From Nostoc sp. (GTDB taxonomy: Bacteria; Cyanobacteriota; Cyanobacteriia; Cyanobacteriales; Nostocaceae), in assembly GCA_036918135.1 (NCBI GenBank), contig JBALDB010000065.1:1-64000 (forward strand): a stretch of DNA of 64,000 bases. The letters run 5' to 3'. Below are positions 1-10,814 of this stretch, one piece after another; within the stretch, counting starts at the first letter, position 1; each line of letters starts with the position of its first letter. Made by a program: the position numbers and the translations under genes. Under the pieces are notes generated by a model. That model was not told the DNA's origin and did not search any database. It saw only the letters and a program-made list of their open reading frames with translations.

Positions 1-200
1 CCAGGTGGGTCGGGAACCACTACCCCAGAACCAACGCCACCAGGTGGGTCGGGAACTACTACCCCAGAACCAACGCCACCAGGTGGGTCGGGAACCACTA
101 CCCCAGAACCAACGCCACCAGGTGGGTCGGGAACTACTACCCCAGAACCAACGCCACCAGGTGGGTCGGGAACTACTAACCCACAACCGACGCCCCCTGG
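1..200 (+). repeat. 39-bp tandem repeat, about 5 copies visible
   Basis: CCAGGTGGGTCGGGAAC(C/T)ACTACCCCAGAACCAACGCCA recurs with period 39. Confidence 0.95.
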
Positions 201-216
201 ACCGGAGACAACTTGA
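1..216 (+). CDS. 3' end of a protein with a Pro/Thr/Gly-rich 13-aa repeat tail (PGGSGTTTPEPTP)n; partial, 5' end outside the window
   Basis: Frame +1 is open from base 1 to TGA at 214-216 and reads as a typical linker repeat. The listed 5..262 ORF is the shifted frame of the same repeat. Confidence 0.7.
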   Translation, partial: PGGSGTTTPEPTPPGGSGTTTPEPTPPGGSGTTTPEPTPPGGSGTTTPEPTPPGGSGTTNPQPTPPGPETT

Positions 217-519
217 GCTAACTTTTTTGCGAAGACTTTCAGAGTTGAGTAGTATTTTCTGAACTGAGTTTTAAAACCTAGAGAAAGGATAAATTTATAC
301 CCCATATCAGAGGCAGAACTATCAGAAATTTTAAGTACTGCCTCTACACTCTCTAAAGCAAAAAGTGATATCCCCTACCACTAGAGAGCATCTGCTAACG
401 CTAGATTAAATCAAGGACACGACTTACACAGGATTCACCAGATATCCTTATATAGTTGAATTACGTTCTGTGTGTAAGTTAATAGGAACAAACTTCTTGC
501 TAGAGAGATACAAAAATTT

Positions 520-1896
520 ATGACTTTTGATTACGACCTGTTTGTAATTGGTGCGGGTTCTGGAGGTTTGGCAGCTTCCAAACGGGCGGCTAGCTACGGA
601 GCCAAAGTGGCGATCGCTGAATACGATTTAGTTGGTGGCACTTGTGTAATTCGCGGTTGTATTCCCAAAAAACTTATGGTCTATGGCTCTCACTTTCCTG
701 CACTCTTTGCTGATGCTTCAGGCTATGGCTGGAAAGTAGGTAATACAGAATTGGACTGGGAACATTTTATTACATCTATAGACCAGGAAGTTCGGCGACT
801 GTCGCAATTACATATCAGCCTTTTAGAAAAAGCAGGAGTAGAATTAATTCACGGTCGTGCTGCATTGGTAGACCCCCACACAGTAGAACTTGATGGACGT
901 AAAATTACAGCAGATAAAATTTTAATTGCTGTTGGCGGGCGTCCTGTGAAACCGGATTTACCAGGAATGGAATACGGCATTACCTCCAACGAAATCTTTC
1001 ATCTTAAACAACAACCAAAACACATCGTCATTCTTGGCGCTGGTTACATTGGCACGGAATTTGCCTGTATTATGCGCGGTTTGGGTTGTGAGGTAACCCA
1101 AATTTCCAGAGGTAATAATATTTTAAAGGGGTTCGATGAAGATATCCCCAAAGAAATTGAAGAGGGGATGACAAACCACGGAATTCGGCTGATTAAGAAT
1201 AATGTGGTAAAAGTAATTGAACGCGTACCACAAGGGTTTAAGCTAACTTTATCAGGGGAAAATCAAGAATCAGTAATTGCCGATGTGTTTTTAGTAGCCA
1301 CTGGTCGCGCTCCCAATGTAGATGGATTAAGTTTAGAAAACGCTGGAGTTAATATCGTGCCCAGTTCTGTAGAAAGACCAGGATATTACACCACAGGCGC
1401 GATTGCGGTCAATGAATATAGTCAAACTAGTCAACCAAATATCTTTGCTGTTGGTGATGTGACTGACCGAATTAATTTAACTCCTGTAGCAATTGGTGAA
1501 GGTCGCGCCTTTGCTGATAGTGAATTTGGCAATAGTCGCCGAGCCTTCAATTACCAAAATGTGCCCACAGCCGTATTTTCTACCCCGGAAGCCTCAACAG
1601 TAGGCTGGACAGAAGCCGAAGCCCGGGAGAAATTCGGTGATGCCGTCAAAATTTTTCGCTCCCGTTTTCGCTCGATGTATCATAGTTTGACTGGTAAGAC
1701 AGAGAAAACAATGATGAAGCTAGTAGTTGATAGCAAGAGCGATAAAGTGCTGGGCGCTCACATGGTGGGCGAACATGCTGGCGAGATCATTCAAGGTGTG
1801 GCCATCGCTGTGAACATGGGCGCAACCAAAAAAGACTTTGACGCTACTGTTGGCATCCATCCCTCGGTAGCTGAAGAATTTGTCACAATGCGATAA
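520..1896 (+). CDS. gor: glutathione-disulfide reductase
   Basis: GAGSGG FAD motif, GGTCVIRGCIP redox disulfide, GAGYIG NAD(P)H motif, C-terminal IHPSVAEE. Confidence 0.95.
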   Translation: MTFDYDLFVIGAGSGGLAASKRAASYGAKVAIAEYDLVGGTCVIRGCIPKKLMVYGSHFPALFADASGYGWKVGNTELDWEHFITSIDQEVRRLSQLHISLLEKAGVELIHGRAALVDPHTVELDGRKITADKILIAVGGRPVKPDLPGMEYGITSNEIFHLKQQPKHIVILGAGYIGTEFACIMRGLGCEVTQISRGNNILKGFDEDIPKEIEEGMTNHGIRLIKNNVVKVIERVPQGFKLTLSGENQESVIADVFLVATGRAPNVDGLSLENAGVNIVPSSVERPGYYTTGAIAVNEYSQTSQPNIFAVGDVTDRINLTPVAIGEGRAFADSEFGNSRRAFNYQNVPTAVFSTPEASTVGWTEAEAREKFGDAVKIFRSRFRSMYHSLTGKTEKTMMKLVVDSKSDKVLGAHMVGEHAGEIIQGVAIAVNMGATKKDFDATVGIHPSVAEEFVTMR

Positions 1897-1898
1897 CT

Positions 1899-2070
1899 AG
1901 GTCATTAGTCCTTTGTCATCTGTCATTTGTCCGTTGTCATTTGTCAATTACTAATGACCAATACTTCTCTACGAGAGGCTACGCCAACAGCTTCTCCTAA
2001 CAAAGACGCTCTTGCTAGCTTATTTAAGAGCAGGGGTACGCTCAGTACAAGTGACCAATGACTAAGGACG
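1899..2070. repeat. STRR-type 7-mer tract (GTCATTT / ATGACTA) with nested small dispersed repeats
   Basis: Heptamer repeats flank ACTTCTCTACGAGAGGCTACGCCAA (1963-1987), which recurs inverted at 46127-46151. Confidence 0.75.
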
Positions 2071-2090
2071 ACCCCAATGGAAAAACTTGA

Positions 2091-2732
2091 ATGTCTACTC
2101 ACTATATTTACTTGCATGGGTTTGCTTCCAGTCCAAAATCTGCCAAAGCGCGGCATATAGGCGATCGCTTTAGCCAAATTCACACTGAACTGAAAATTCC
2201 TGATTTGAATGCTGATGATTTTTCCCAGTTGACAATCACCCGTCAAATCGCTCAAGTGGCAGCAGAATTCCCGAAGGATTCTACACGAGTAACCCTCATT
2301 GGCTCAAGTTTGGGTGGTTTGACTGCTGCCCACCTAGCACAGCAACATTTACAAGTACAACGCTTAGTCTTACTAGCCCCAGCTTTTGGGTTTTTATCCC
2401 ATTGGTTAGTGAAATTTACAGATGAGGAAATACAGCGTTGGCAGCAAGAAAAATATCTCATGATATATCACTATGGGGAAGCGCGATCGCTTCCCTTAAG
2501 TTATGATTTTGTCACAGATGCAGCTCAATACCAAGAGGAACTTTTGCAACGTCACATTCCCACGCTAATTTTGCACGGAAAGAATGATGAAGTTATCCCT
2601 ATTGAAGCAAGTCGTAACTTTAGGCATTGGCGTCCTTGGGTGGAATTAGTTGAACTCGATAGCGACCATGCTTTGGGTAATGTCATAGAAGAAATTTGGC
2701 AAGCAATTCGCCTCTTTTGCCAGTTACCTTGA
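2091..2732 (+). CDS. YqiA/YcfP-family alpha/beta-fold hydrolase (esterase)
   Basis: YLHGFASSP, GSSLGG nucleophile elbow, HGKNDEV and DH catalytic motifs. Confidence 0.85.
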   Translation: MSTHYIYLHGFASSPKSAKARHIGDRFSQIHTELKIPDLNADDFSQLTITRQIAQVAAEFPKDSTRVTLIGSSLGGLTAAHLAQQHLQVQRLVLLAPAFGFLSHWLVKFTDEEIQRWQQEKYLMIYHYGEARSLPLSYDFVTDAAQYQEELLQRHIPTLILHGKNDEVIPIEASRNFRHWRPWVELVELDSDHALGNVIEEIWQAIRLFCQLP

Positions 2733-2858
2733 AGTTGTAGAATATAAAACTCTCATATAACTAATGTCATTAGTCATTTGTCCTTTATTTTTTTACTAAT
2801 AACCAATGCCTAAGACTAATGACCAATGACTTAATGACTAATGACTAATAATAAAATT

Positions 2859-4004
2859 ATGCTTCCCTTCATCCGACCAGATTTAGTACAATTTACCGCC
2901 TACAAACCCCACCCCAGCAGCGATACAGCCGCATCTGTGCCAACGCAGTTAGATCGCCTTGATACAAATGAAAGCCCCTATGATTTACCGCCTCAGTTAA
3001 AAGAAAAGTTAGCCTGGACATATCAGCAAGTAATTGAAACAAATCGTTATCCTGATGGCGGACATGAGACCCTTAAAAATGCGATCGCCGAGTACGTTAA
3101 TGAATCAGCCGCCCTCTCATTATCCTTTACTGCTGCCAATATTTCTGTAGGCAATGGTTCAGATGAACTAATTCGCTCTTTGTTAATCGCCACCTGTTTA
3201 GGAGGAGAAGGTTCAATTCTCGTTGCCAATCCTACTTTCTCAATGTACGGGATTTTGGCACAAACTTTGGGCATTCCTGTAGTGACAGTTGGTAGAAATG
3301 AAACAAATTTTGAAATTGACTTAGAAACTGCACAGTCTGCCATCGAAGAAACTCAAAATCCTCCTATTCGGGTAGTTTTTGTAGTACATCCGAATTCGCC
3401 AACTGCCAATAGCCTAACTGCGGCAGAGTTGATATGGTTAAAAAGTTTGCCAGAGCATATTTTGGTAGTAATTGATGAAGCTTACTTTGAATTTAGCCAA
3501 ACTAGTCTAGTGGGTGAATTGCAGCATCATTATAACTGGGTGATTTTACGCACTTTTTCTAAAGCTTTTCGATTGGCATCTCTTCGCGTTGGTTATTGTG
3601 TTGCTCATCCAGAAGCGATCGCCATCTTAGAAAAAATCCGCTTACCCTACAATCTTCCTAGCTTTTCCATAGCAGCAGGATTAATTGCTTTACAAAACCG
3701 CACACTCTTACTTGAGTCAATTTCTCAAACCTTGAGCGAACGAGCCAAAATCATTGAAGCTTTATCACAGCAGCCAGAATTACAACTCACACTCAGCGCT
3801 GCTAATTTTATTTACCTGCGTCTCAAACCAAATGGTTCACAGGATAAAGACGCTACTTTAAAAACTTTACATAATCAACTCAGGAATCTCGGCACTCTTG
3901 TACGATATGTTAGCGGCGGATTGCGAATTACTGTAGGGACGAGCGATGAAAATGCCCGCACTATTAATAGAGTAAAAGCTGTTTCAGCAAATTTGGAATT
4001 TTAG
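2859..4004 (+). CDS. hisC: histidinol-phosphate aminotransferase (start probably ATG 2859; the ORF track starts at 2841 inside STRR repeats)
   Basis: LDTNESP, NRYPD, GNGSDE, PNSPT, IDEAY, RTFSKAF (PLP Lys), LRITVG. Confidence 0.9.
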   Translation: MLPFIRPDLVQFTAYKPHPSSDTAASVPTQLDRLDTNESPYDLPPQLKEKLAWTYQQVIETNRYPDGGHETLKNAIAEYVNESAALSLSFTAANISVGNGSDELIRSLLIATCLGGEGSILVANPTFSMYGILAQTLGIPVVTVGRNETNFEIDLETAQSAIEETQNPPIRVVFVVHPNSPTANSLTAAELIWLKSLPEHILVVIDEAYFEFSQTSLVGELQHHYNWVILRTFSKAFRLASLRVGYCVAHPEAIAILEKIRLPYNLPSFSIAAGLIALQNRTLLLESISQTLSERAKIIEALSQQPELQLTLSAANFIYLRLKPNGSQDKDATLKTLHNQLRNLGTLVRYVSGGLRITVGTSDENARTINRVKAVSANLEF

Positions 4005-4008
4005 CAAT

Positions 4009-4605
4009 TCACTCAATATTAAACCTGCTGTCCACTTCAGTGCCCAAACGGCGGACTATCCCTACTGTTTGTGGCAGTACACCTACTAAAAGAGCAAAGG
4101 CTACATCTGGCAAAAGAGCCACTATTTCTGGTGGAAAGTATTGTTCAAATTGATCGAGAATTTTTTGGACTCGCTGCCCAGGCACCGGATTTTCTGTAAT
4201 CTGTTTGATCAGTCGAATCCATTGTCGCCTAATTAAGTACGCTTTCTGACGCTCTTCATTAGATTCTGGAGTTAATAAAGACAGATTACCTATGGGCAGT
4301 GCCCTTTGGCAATCAAAATCGTAATCTCCACCCACAGCAGCTCCGGGTCCAGCAAACTCTGCATGGTAACGTTTAAACAGTATTAATCCATTTCGCCTAC
4401 GACTATTGACGATGAAAACTTCTCCACTATGCAAACGTGTAAGGATATCCGAGCCTGGGGATTGCTCAGTTCCATCTGGCATGACAAGATAGTCAGGGAA
4501 ACTAGTTTCAGGGTAATAGATTGATACCATAGCGGGTTGATAGCGGCGATGCTGTTCGCTATCCATGTTTTTTAAACTTTCAACGAATTTGGTAGTAGTA
4601 TGCAC
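4009..4605 (-). CDS. conserved cyanobacterial hypothetical protein, possibly a degenerate Crp/Fnr-like fold
   Basis: 198-aa ORF. EFAGPGAAVGG and C-terminal AFALLVGVLPQTV resemble Crp beta-barrel and HTH elements. Confidence 0.5.
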   Translation of the reverse strand: MHTTTKFVESLKNMDSEQHRRYQPAMVSIYYPETSFPDYLVMPDGTEQSPGSDILTRLHSGEVFIVNSRRRNGLILFKRYHAEFAGPGAAVGGDYDFDCQRALPIGNLSLLTPESNEERQKAYLIRRQWIRLIKQITENPVPGQRVQKILDQFEQYFPPEIVALLPDVAFALLVGVLPQTVGIVRRLGTEVDSRFNIE

Positions 4606-5277
4606 TTCAACAAGGAACTAACTGTTATATCAAATGAGATTTTTCAATTCTTTTATTATTAACAGTCTTATGTCAATTTAACTAAGATAAGAATGAATAG
4701 GCATAGTTTAATAATTGAGTGATTATATTTTATGAGATAGAAGGAAATTTGTCTCCAAGTTGCGATAGTCTTTTTTAAAGTTTTTATAAAGATGAATATC
4801 TTGATTACAAAGTTATTATGAGGAATTAATAATTCTTTTGGTATAAGTCTAAAGATATTTAGATTATAGTCTATTTAATTCCAATATATTTTAAATTGTT
4901 TATTAATTACAAATAAAAAAATCATAAATGTAAAATTTTATAAATAGGATATACTTTCACTAAATTGTAGTTTTATTAAAATTACTGAGAGTAAATTTTC
5001 TCAAAACTGTAAATAAATATGTTTAAACTAATTATAAAAAGCTGTATTATAGCTTCAAAGAGTCACTTATAAATTGAATTAGTTTTTTGAGCTGCGATTC
5101 TGGTATTTAGCGATGTTTAGGTGGTTTGACTAAATTTTTAATAAAATTAAGTTATGCTTCACTGCCAATATTGATGACAGATTTTATTAATAGCAAGAGT
5201 GCTTCCCTTCGCGACACTGCGCGAACGCACACGCTTTCCGAACGCGACATTAAAGTTTATAACTGCTAAAAGAAAAT

Positions 5278-5967
5278 TTAAATAGAGGAGTCAGCACTGA
5301 AATATTTGTGCAATAACATCTGGCTTGAGCGCCTAAAAAAGAATGTATTCCAATTCGATTCGACTTTATGTACCCGATATCCCAGCTTGAAATAAAGCTG
5401 CCTTGCTTGATGGTTATTTTCCAAAACGTGGAGGTATAAATCTTTAAATCCCCATTCTTGAGAGATTTTTTCGCAGCTATTGAGTAACTCTGAAGCTACA
5501 CCATGTCTACGGTAATTTGGGTGAACGGCTAAATTAGATAAGTAAGGAAAACCCAAGCCGACCTGACTCCACGAATCGCTGTAACGTACACCCAGTTCTA
5601 CAGTTCCCACTAAGTTGTTAGCGCCAGTAGTATAATCGAGGGCAACTAAACAAACATGACGCGACGCAGGTGACACCATACGATGTCTTAAATCTTCGTA
5701 AATACCTAAACGCAGCAATGGAAAAGCCCATCCCCACATACCTTTTTGGGAGTGAAAGCTTTCAGCAATTATTTGGGCAACACTAACTAAATCAGCAGGT
5801 GTAGCCATACGAATTTGGAAATGGCGAGAAGCCGGATCGATTGGCTGTTGGTAGTAAGGGTGAAAAAACCGATATTTCAAGGTTACTCTAGTATTAATTT
5901 TATTTAAGTAAAATTTTCTTAAAAGTCCTAAAACACTATTGAATGTCAATAAAAACTTAAGAGTCAC
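5278..5967 (-). CDS. GNAT N-acetyltransferase (true start probably about 5880)
   Basis: YLSNLAVHPNYRRHGVA acetyl-CoA motif A; LHVLENNHQARQLY. Confidence 0.85.
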   Translation of the reverse strand: MTLKFLLTFNSVLGLLRKFYLNKINTRVTLKYRFFHPYYQQPIDPASRHFQIRMATPADLVSVAQIIAESFHSQKGMWGWAFPLLRLGIYEDLRHRMVSPASRHVCLVALDYTTGANNLVGTVELGVRYSDSWSQVGLGFPYLSNLAVHPNYRRHGVASELLNSCEKISQEWGFKDLYLHVLENNHQARQLYFKLGYRVHKVESNWNTFFFRRSSQMLLHKYFSADSSI

Positions 5968-7148
5968 CCAAGAAATTAAACTAACTTGGGACTGTTAATT
6001 CGTTTTTGGTTTTCGTTCAAACAAAGTGTAAAACTTCTTTGATGTCTTAAAAAATGCATTGGTGAAAGCGTCTTATGAGTTACAGTTTCGTCAATTTCTA
6101 ATCTGAAGTTTAATAAATTCAGGCACATTCCTGATTTTAAGAGTAAAAAAATTAGTCTATTGTTCGCAAAACCATCTATAAAATGCTAAAGGTTGGGTAA
6201 ATGGGTAGAGAAATAGCATAACTTATCCGTAAGCAGCAGGTACAAAATTTTTAGTTAAATACATCATTGACAAACTCTAGTTTCAAACCACTATTGGTCA
6301 AAGTACTGAGTTGTTTTTGCAGTTGCCGCTAGACTAACACTTCTTTGCTCTAGGGTATAAGGACTATGAAAAAACAAGGCAGTTCCAATAAAAAATTTGA
6401 CAAGTGTTAAAAAAGGACTGGAGACTAAGCCAGACAATGGAATAAGGGAAAAAAAGACAACTTCCAATAAGTCTTTCCTCCGAAGTTTAGATCGGAGGAA
6501 GCCTCCGCTCAACTTCTCTCCTTGTCCCTAGTCCCTAATCCTCTTGTCCTCCCCTCCTCTTCCTTACCCACACCCAGTCCCCAGTACCCAATGCCCTTCT
6601 GCTTCTTTGTTTGTTTACAAACCCTTAATTCCCAATTTCTCAAGCACTATCACTTGTCTTAATGATAGTTCTGATTGCTAAATTGGAAAGAGGTATTTGT
6701 CTAATAGTATACTTTGACTTTAAATCTTATTGTTTTAATATTATTGGCTCTACCATGACTACCATAAATAAAATTTACCTGCAAGTGTTAGTACAACTGC
6801 TATGGGGGGAAAACTTAATATGCAGCTTGATCTAGATTTTTCAGCTAGCTATAAGTGCTGTATGTAGTATCAAAGATTGCTTAGTGGAGGTGAATGAAGA
6901 TTTGGCAAGCAAGTATAGACTCTATAACACTAAAGCTGACTTATGAAGTCAATTACTCTATACCAGAGCAAATAGTAATCGATATCAGCCATTGAGATAA
7001 ATCACTGTGAGTAAACGCTCCTACACTCAGCAGTCATGTAGCCAAACAGCCTTATTGGTCGAAATGCTCTGCTCTTACCTGACTCAGAAAATCCTTACCC
7101 GATCAGATTATTCTTTATCCGACTGCCATTGCAGCAGGAAAGCGGTGC

Positions 7149-10100
7149 ATGAAATCCCAAGCAAACAGTAAGCCTAAAATTTTGGTTGTCGATGATGAAC
7201 CAGACAACCTTGACTTGCTTTACCGCACTTTCTATCGGGACTATAAGGTGCTAAGAGCAACCTCTGGTCCTGCGGCACTCGATTTGCTGGCTCAAGAGGG
7301 AGAGGTCGCACTGATCATCTCCGACCAGCGGATGCCGATGATGAGCGGTACAGAATTTTTGAGCCTAACAGCAACTCAATATCCAGATATTATCCGGATT
7401 ATTTTAACTGGCTACACCGATGTTGAAGACTTGGTGGAAGCAATCAATGCTGGTAAGGTTTTCAAATATGTCACCAAACCGTGGGAAGCAGACGAGCTTA
7501 AAGGAGTTGTACGCCAAGCTTTAGATACACACAATGTCCTTAAAGCCCGCACCCGCGAACTTACCCGTACACTGCGGCGAGAGTCGCTATTGAATACGGT
7601 CACAAATACGATTCGCGGTGCATTAGACTATCGGCAAATTTTGCAGGCAATTGTAGATTCCGTGGGTCAGATGTTGGAGGTGGATGTGTGTCTGTTGCGT
7701 CCCTTCCAAGATGAACAGTTGGCAGAGAAAGGATTTATTTATCAAAAGCTTTTAGAAGAAAAAGGACACTCTGATAAGGAGATGAATTTTCCTTTAGTCT
7801 CGCCATCTCCCGATCTCACCATCCCTCCCTCCTCGCTGCTGGCTCACACGGTTTGGGAAACCCGCGAAGTTCAAGTAATTCATGATGTCATAGATGATGA
7901 GCGGATTCAGGGTAACACTCCCGAACTGAGCCAACGTAGAGAGGCTTTTGCTGCTGCTAATATTTGTTCTAGTTTAGTTGTGCCATTGATCTGTCAACAG
8001 GAATTGATGGCAGTCTTGGCACTGCACCAGTGTTCTCTACCCCGTTTGTGGGGGGATGATGAGGTGCAGCTAGTGATGATGGTAGCGGATCAGGCAGCCT
8101 TAGCTTTGTCTCAAGCGTATGCTTACGAACAAGTACGTGCTTTGGCTAAACGAGAAAGTTTGATTAATACGATTACTAGCGCGATTCGCTCTAGCCTAGA
8201 CCCTGAGGATATTTTTGCAGCTATTACCCAGCAATTAGGACAAGCCTTACAAGTTGATGGCTGTGTTCTCTCTCTGTGGACAGAGGAAGATGAGTTTGTC
8301 CAATCTGTGGGCTTGTATGACAGTTTTCAACATCCGGAAAATTTCCGTAGGCACAGCCCAACCCAGGCATCACCAGCCTCAAACAAAAATATAAGTAACA
8401 ATAATCACTTATCTACTCAGGAATTACCTTATTCTCAAACTTCTATACAAAAAAATCCAATTTTACAAGAGATTTTACAGACACACGAACCAGTAGTAAT
8501 TGGTAATGTGAACCATTCTCCTAGAGAAATACAGGGTTTTGATTTGTCTTTGAAAATGCCAGCGCGATCGCTAATGGTCGTACCATTATTGGCTGATGGA
8601 AAATGTATCGGTAGTATTACTTTGTGTGAGAGTAATAAAATACGTCAATGGATGTCATCTGAGATCGATCTAGCTAAAGCAGTAGCAGCTCAAGCAGCGA
8701 TCGCTGTGCAGCAATCACGTCTATATGAAAAAACTCGTCAACAAGCCGAACGCTTACTGGAATTAGACAAGCAAAAAACAGAATTTTTTCAAAATATTTC
8801 CCATGAGTTTCGGACTCCGATCACCTTGATTCAAGGGCCTTTAGAGTCGGCAGTTGGGGCTGGAGAGGGTTTATCTTACTCCCAAAGTGCGATCGCTCTA
8901 CGTAACTCCCGTCGCCTGCTACGATTAGTAAATCAACTGCTGGATTTACAACGCCTAGATGCTGGTAGAATGCAGCCTAGTTTCCGCCCCTGCGATTTAG
9001 TCGAATTTGTCAGCCAAATTGTTGAGTCTTTTCGCCCCTACTGCGAGAAAAAGGGACTGCATCTGACCACTCGGTTAGCTAAATGTCCTACAGTGTACTT
9101 AGATATGGAAAAATTTGATAAGGTGGTTTACAACCTCCTGTCAAATGCCATGAAGTTTACTCCTGAAGGTGGCACAATCAGTGTCAGACTAAGATCTGAA
9201 AATGACTGTTGCATATTGGAAGTACAAGACACTGGAATTGGCATTGTTAAAGAACAAATTCCCCATTTATTTGAGCGCTTCCGTCAAGCTGAAGGTTCAG
9301 CAAACCGTTCCTATGAAGGCAGTGGCTTAGGTTTGGCTTTAGTTAAAGAATTAATAGAATTACATGGTGGTCAAGTTAGTGTGGAATCAGTTTATGGTGA
9401 AGGTACCACCTTTACATTATTGCTGGTTACTGGTACTGCTCACTTACCCACACAGCAACTGCTGGAAACTCCTGTTGAACTAAACATAAGCCGCGCTAGC
9501 GTAGAATTGGCTGATTTAGAACTCCTAGATCGCACAGCAGATAATATTGAACATATTATAAAAAATTTATCACCTACTTCTGACACTCAGTACGCGCTAA
9601 ACGCCCCGCTACCGCTAACAACACTGGGCACTGGGCACTCTATTTTAGTTGTAGACGACAACCCTGATTTGCGAAGTTATGTATCTGATATACTCCGTCG
9701 GAATGGCTATCAAGTACAAACATCTCGTAATGGTTACGAAGGGTATCGCATAGCTAAGGAAATTATACCTAGTTTGATTCTTACTGACTTAATGATGCCT
9801 TTGGTAAGCGGACTTGAGATGATTCAGATGATCCGCACTGAGGAGAAGTTGAAAGGAATCCCAATCATTTTGCTCACAGCAAAAGTTGACGAAGAAACCC
9901 GCATCGAAGGTACAGAACATGGTGCTGATGCTTATTTAGCAAAACCATTCAATGACCGGGAACTTTTAGCGGAAGTTCGCAATCTCTTAGCGTTGAAAGA
10001 AAATGAAAAACGAATCTTGGAGTTAAATACTTACCTCACAGAATCGGTACTAAAGCGCTTTTTACCAGCTGTATTGGTGCAAAAAGCTGCTGCTGGCGAT

Positions 10101-10715
10101 TTGGCGTTAGATTTGCGCCCAGAACCACGCTTAATTACAGTTTTATTTAGTGACATTGTGGGTTTTACACAGCTAGCAAATACCCTTAGATCCCGGCGAG
10201 TAGCAGAGTTACTCAATGAATATTTAGAAGCTATGACCAAGGTTGTATTTGCTAATGGTGGCACTGTAGATAAATTTATGGGAGATGCTATTTTAGCTTT
10301 GTATGGAGCGCCGGAAGAATTAACTCCTAATGAACAAGTACGTCGTGCCATAAATACAGCAAGAGGAATGCACCGTTCTCTCGATCAATTAAATCAGCGT
10401 TGGCGAGAACAAGGTGTATTTGATGGTGACAGACAAACTGGCGTCCAGTTTCGCTGTGGTATCCACCAAGGTACGGCGGTTGTAGGAATGTTCGGCAGCG
10501 CTGAACGTGCTGATTATACTGCTATCGGGCCGAGTGTGAATATTGCTGCTAGATTGCAATCCGCTGCTGTTCCCGGTACTATCTTGGTTTCTGCTGCTGT
10601 GGCAGATTATTTACAGGAAGAAGAAATTACTAAAGGTAGTCCCCTAGAACTTAAAGGAGTAGATGAAACAGTTTTGACCTTCGCTGTTACACCAGAAATT
10701 ATGGTTAATCGCTAA
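7149..10715 (+). CDS. cyaC: hybrid sensor adenylate cyclase CyaC (REC-GAF-GAF-HisKA-HATPase-REC-cyclase)
   Basis: N-terminal receiver (VVDDE, SDQRMP), two GAF domains, SHEFRTP, NAMKFT/GSGLGL, second receiver, FSDIVGFT/DKFMGD/NIAARLQ class III cyclase motifs. Confidence 0.93.
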   Translation: MKSQANSKPKILVVDDEPDNLDLLYRTFYRDYKVLRATSGPAALDLLAQEGEVALIISDQRMPMMSGTEFLSLTATQYPDIIRIILTGYTDVEDLVEAINAGKVFKYVTKPWEADELKGVVRQALDTHNVLKARTRELTRTLRRESLLNTVTNTIRGALDYRQILQAIVDSVGQMLEVDVCLLRPFQDEQLAEKGFIYQKLLEEKGHSDKEMNFPLVSPSPDLTIPPSSLLAHTVWETREVQVIHDVIDDERIQGNTPELSQRREAFAAANICSSLVVPLICQQELMAVLALHQCSLPRLWGDDEVQLVMMVADQAALALSQAYAYEQVRALAKRESLINTITSAIRSSLDPEDIFAAITQQLGQALQVDGCVLSLWTEEDEFVQSVGLYDSFQHPENFRRHSPTQASPASNKNISNNNHLSTQELPYSQTSIQKNPILQEILQTHEPVVIGNVNHSPREIQGFDLSLKMPARSLMVVPLLADGKCIGSITLCESNKIRQWMSSEIDLAKAVAAQAAIAVQQSRLYEKTRQQAERLLELDKQKTEFFQNISHEFRTPITLIQGPLESAVGAGEGLSYSQSAIALRNSRRLLRLVNQLLDLQRLDAGRMQPSFRPCDLVEFVSQIVESFRPYCEKKGLHLTTRLAKCPTVYLDMEKFDKVVYNLLSNAMKFTPEGGTISVRLRSENDCCILEVQDTGIGIVKEQIPHLFERFRQAEGSANRSYEGSGLGLALVKELIELHGGQVSVESVYGEGTTFTLLLVTGTAHLPTQQLLETPVELNISRASVELADLELLDRTADNIEHIIKNLSPTSDTQYALNAPLPLTTLGTGHSILVVDDNPDLRSYVSDILRRNGYQVQTSRNGYEGYRIAKEIIPSLILTDLMMPLVSGLEMIQMIRTEEKLKGIPIILLTAKVDEETRIEGTEHGADAYLAKPFNDRELLAEVRNLLALKENEKRILELNTYLTESVLKRFLPAVLVQKAAAGDLALDLRPEPRLITVLFSDIVGFTQLANTLRSRRVAELLNEYLEAMTKVVFANGGTVDKFMGDAILALYGAPEELTPNEQVRRAINTARGMHRSLDQLNQRWREQGVFDGDRQTGVQFRCGIHQGTAVVGMFGSAERADYTAIGPSVNIAARLQSAAVPGTILVSAAVADYLQEEEITKGSPLELKGVDETVLTFAVTPEIMVNR

Positions 10716-10814
10716 AATTTAGACTGGATTTTAAATTAAGGAGTGAACACTGATAACTGGTTAAAGCCTAGCAATTAGTATAAGTGCCTAATCAGATCCA
10801 GTTTCAAATATAAT

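Noticed and set aside
1..262. ORF 5..262, or a CRISPR-like 39-bp repeat
   Set aside because: It is a contiguous coding repeat. Frame +1 (stop at 216) gives a plausible Pro/Thr linker, and the listed ORF is its shifted frame.
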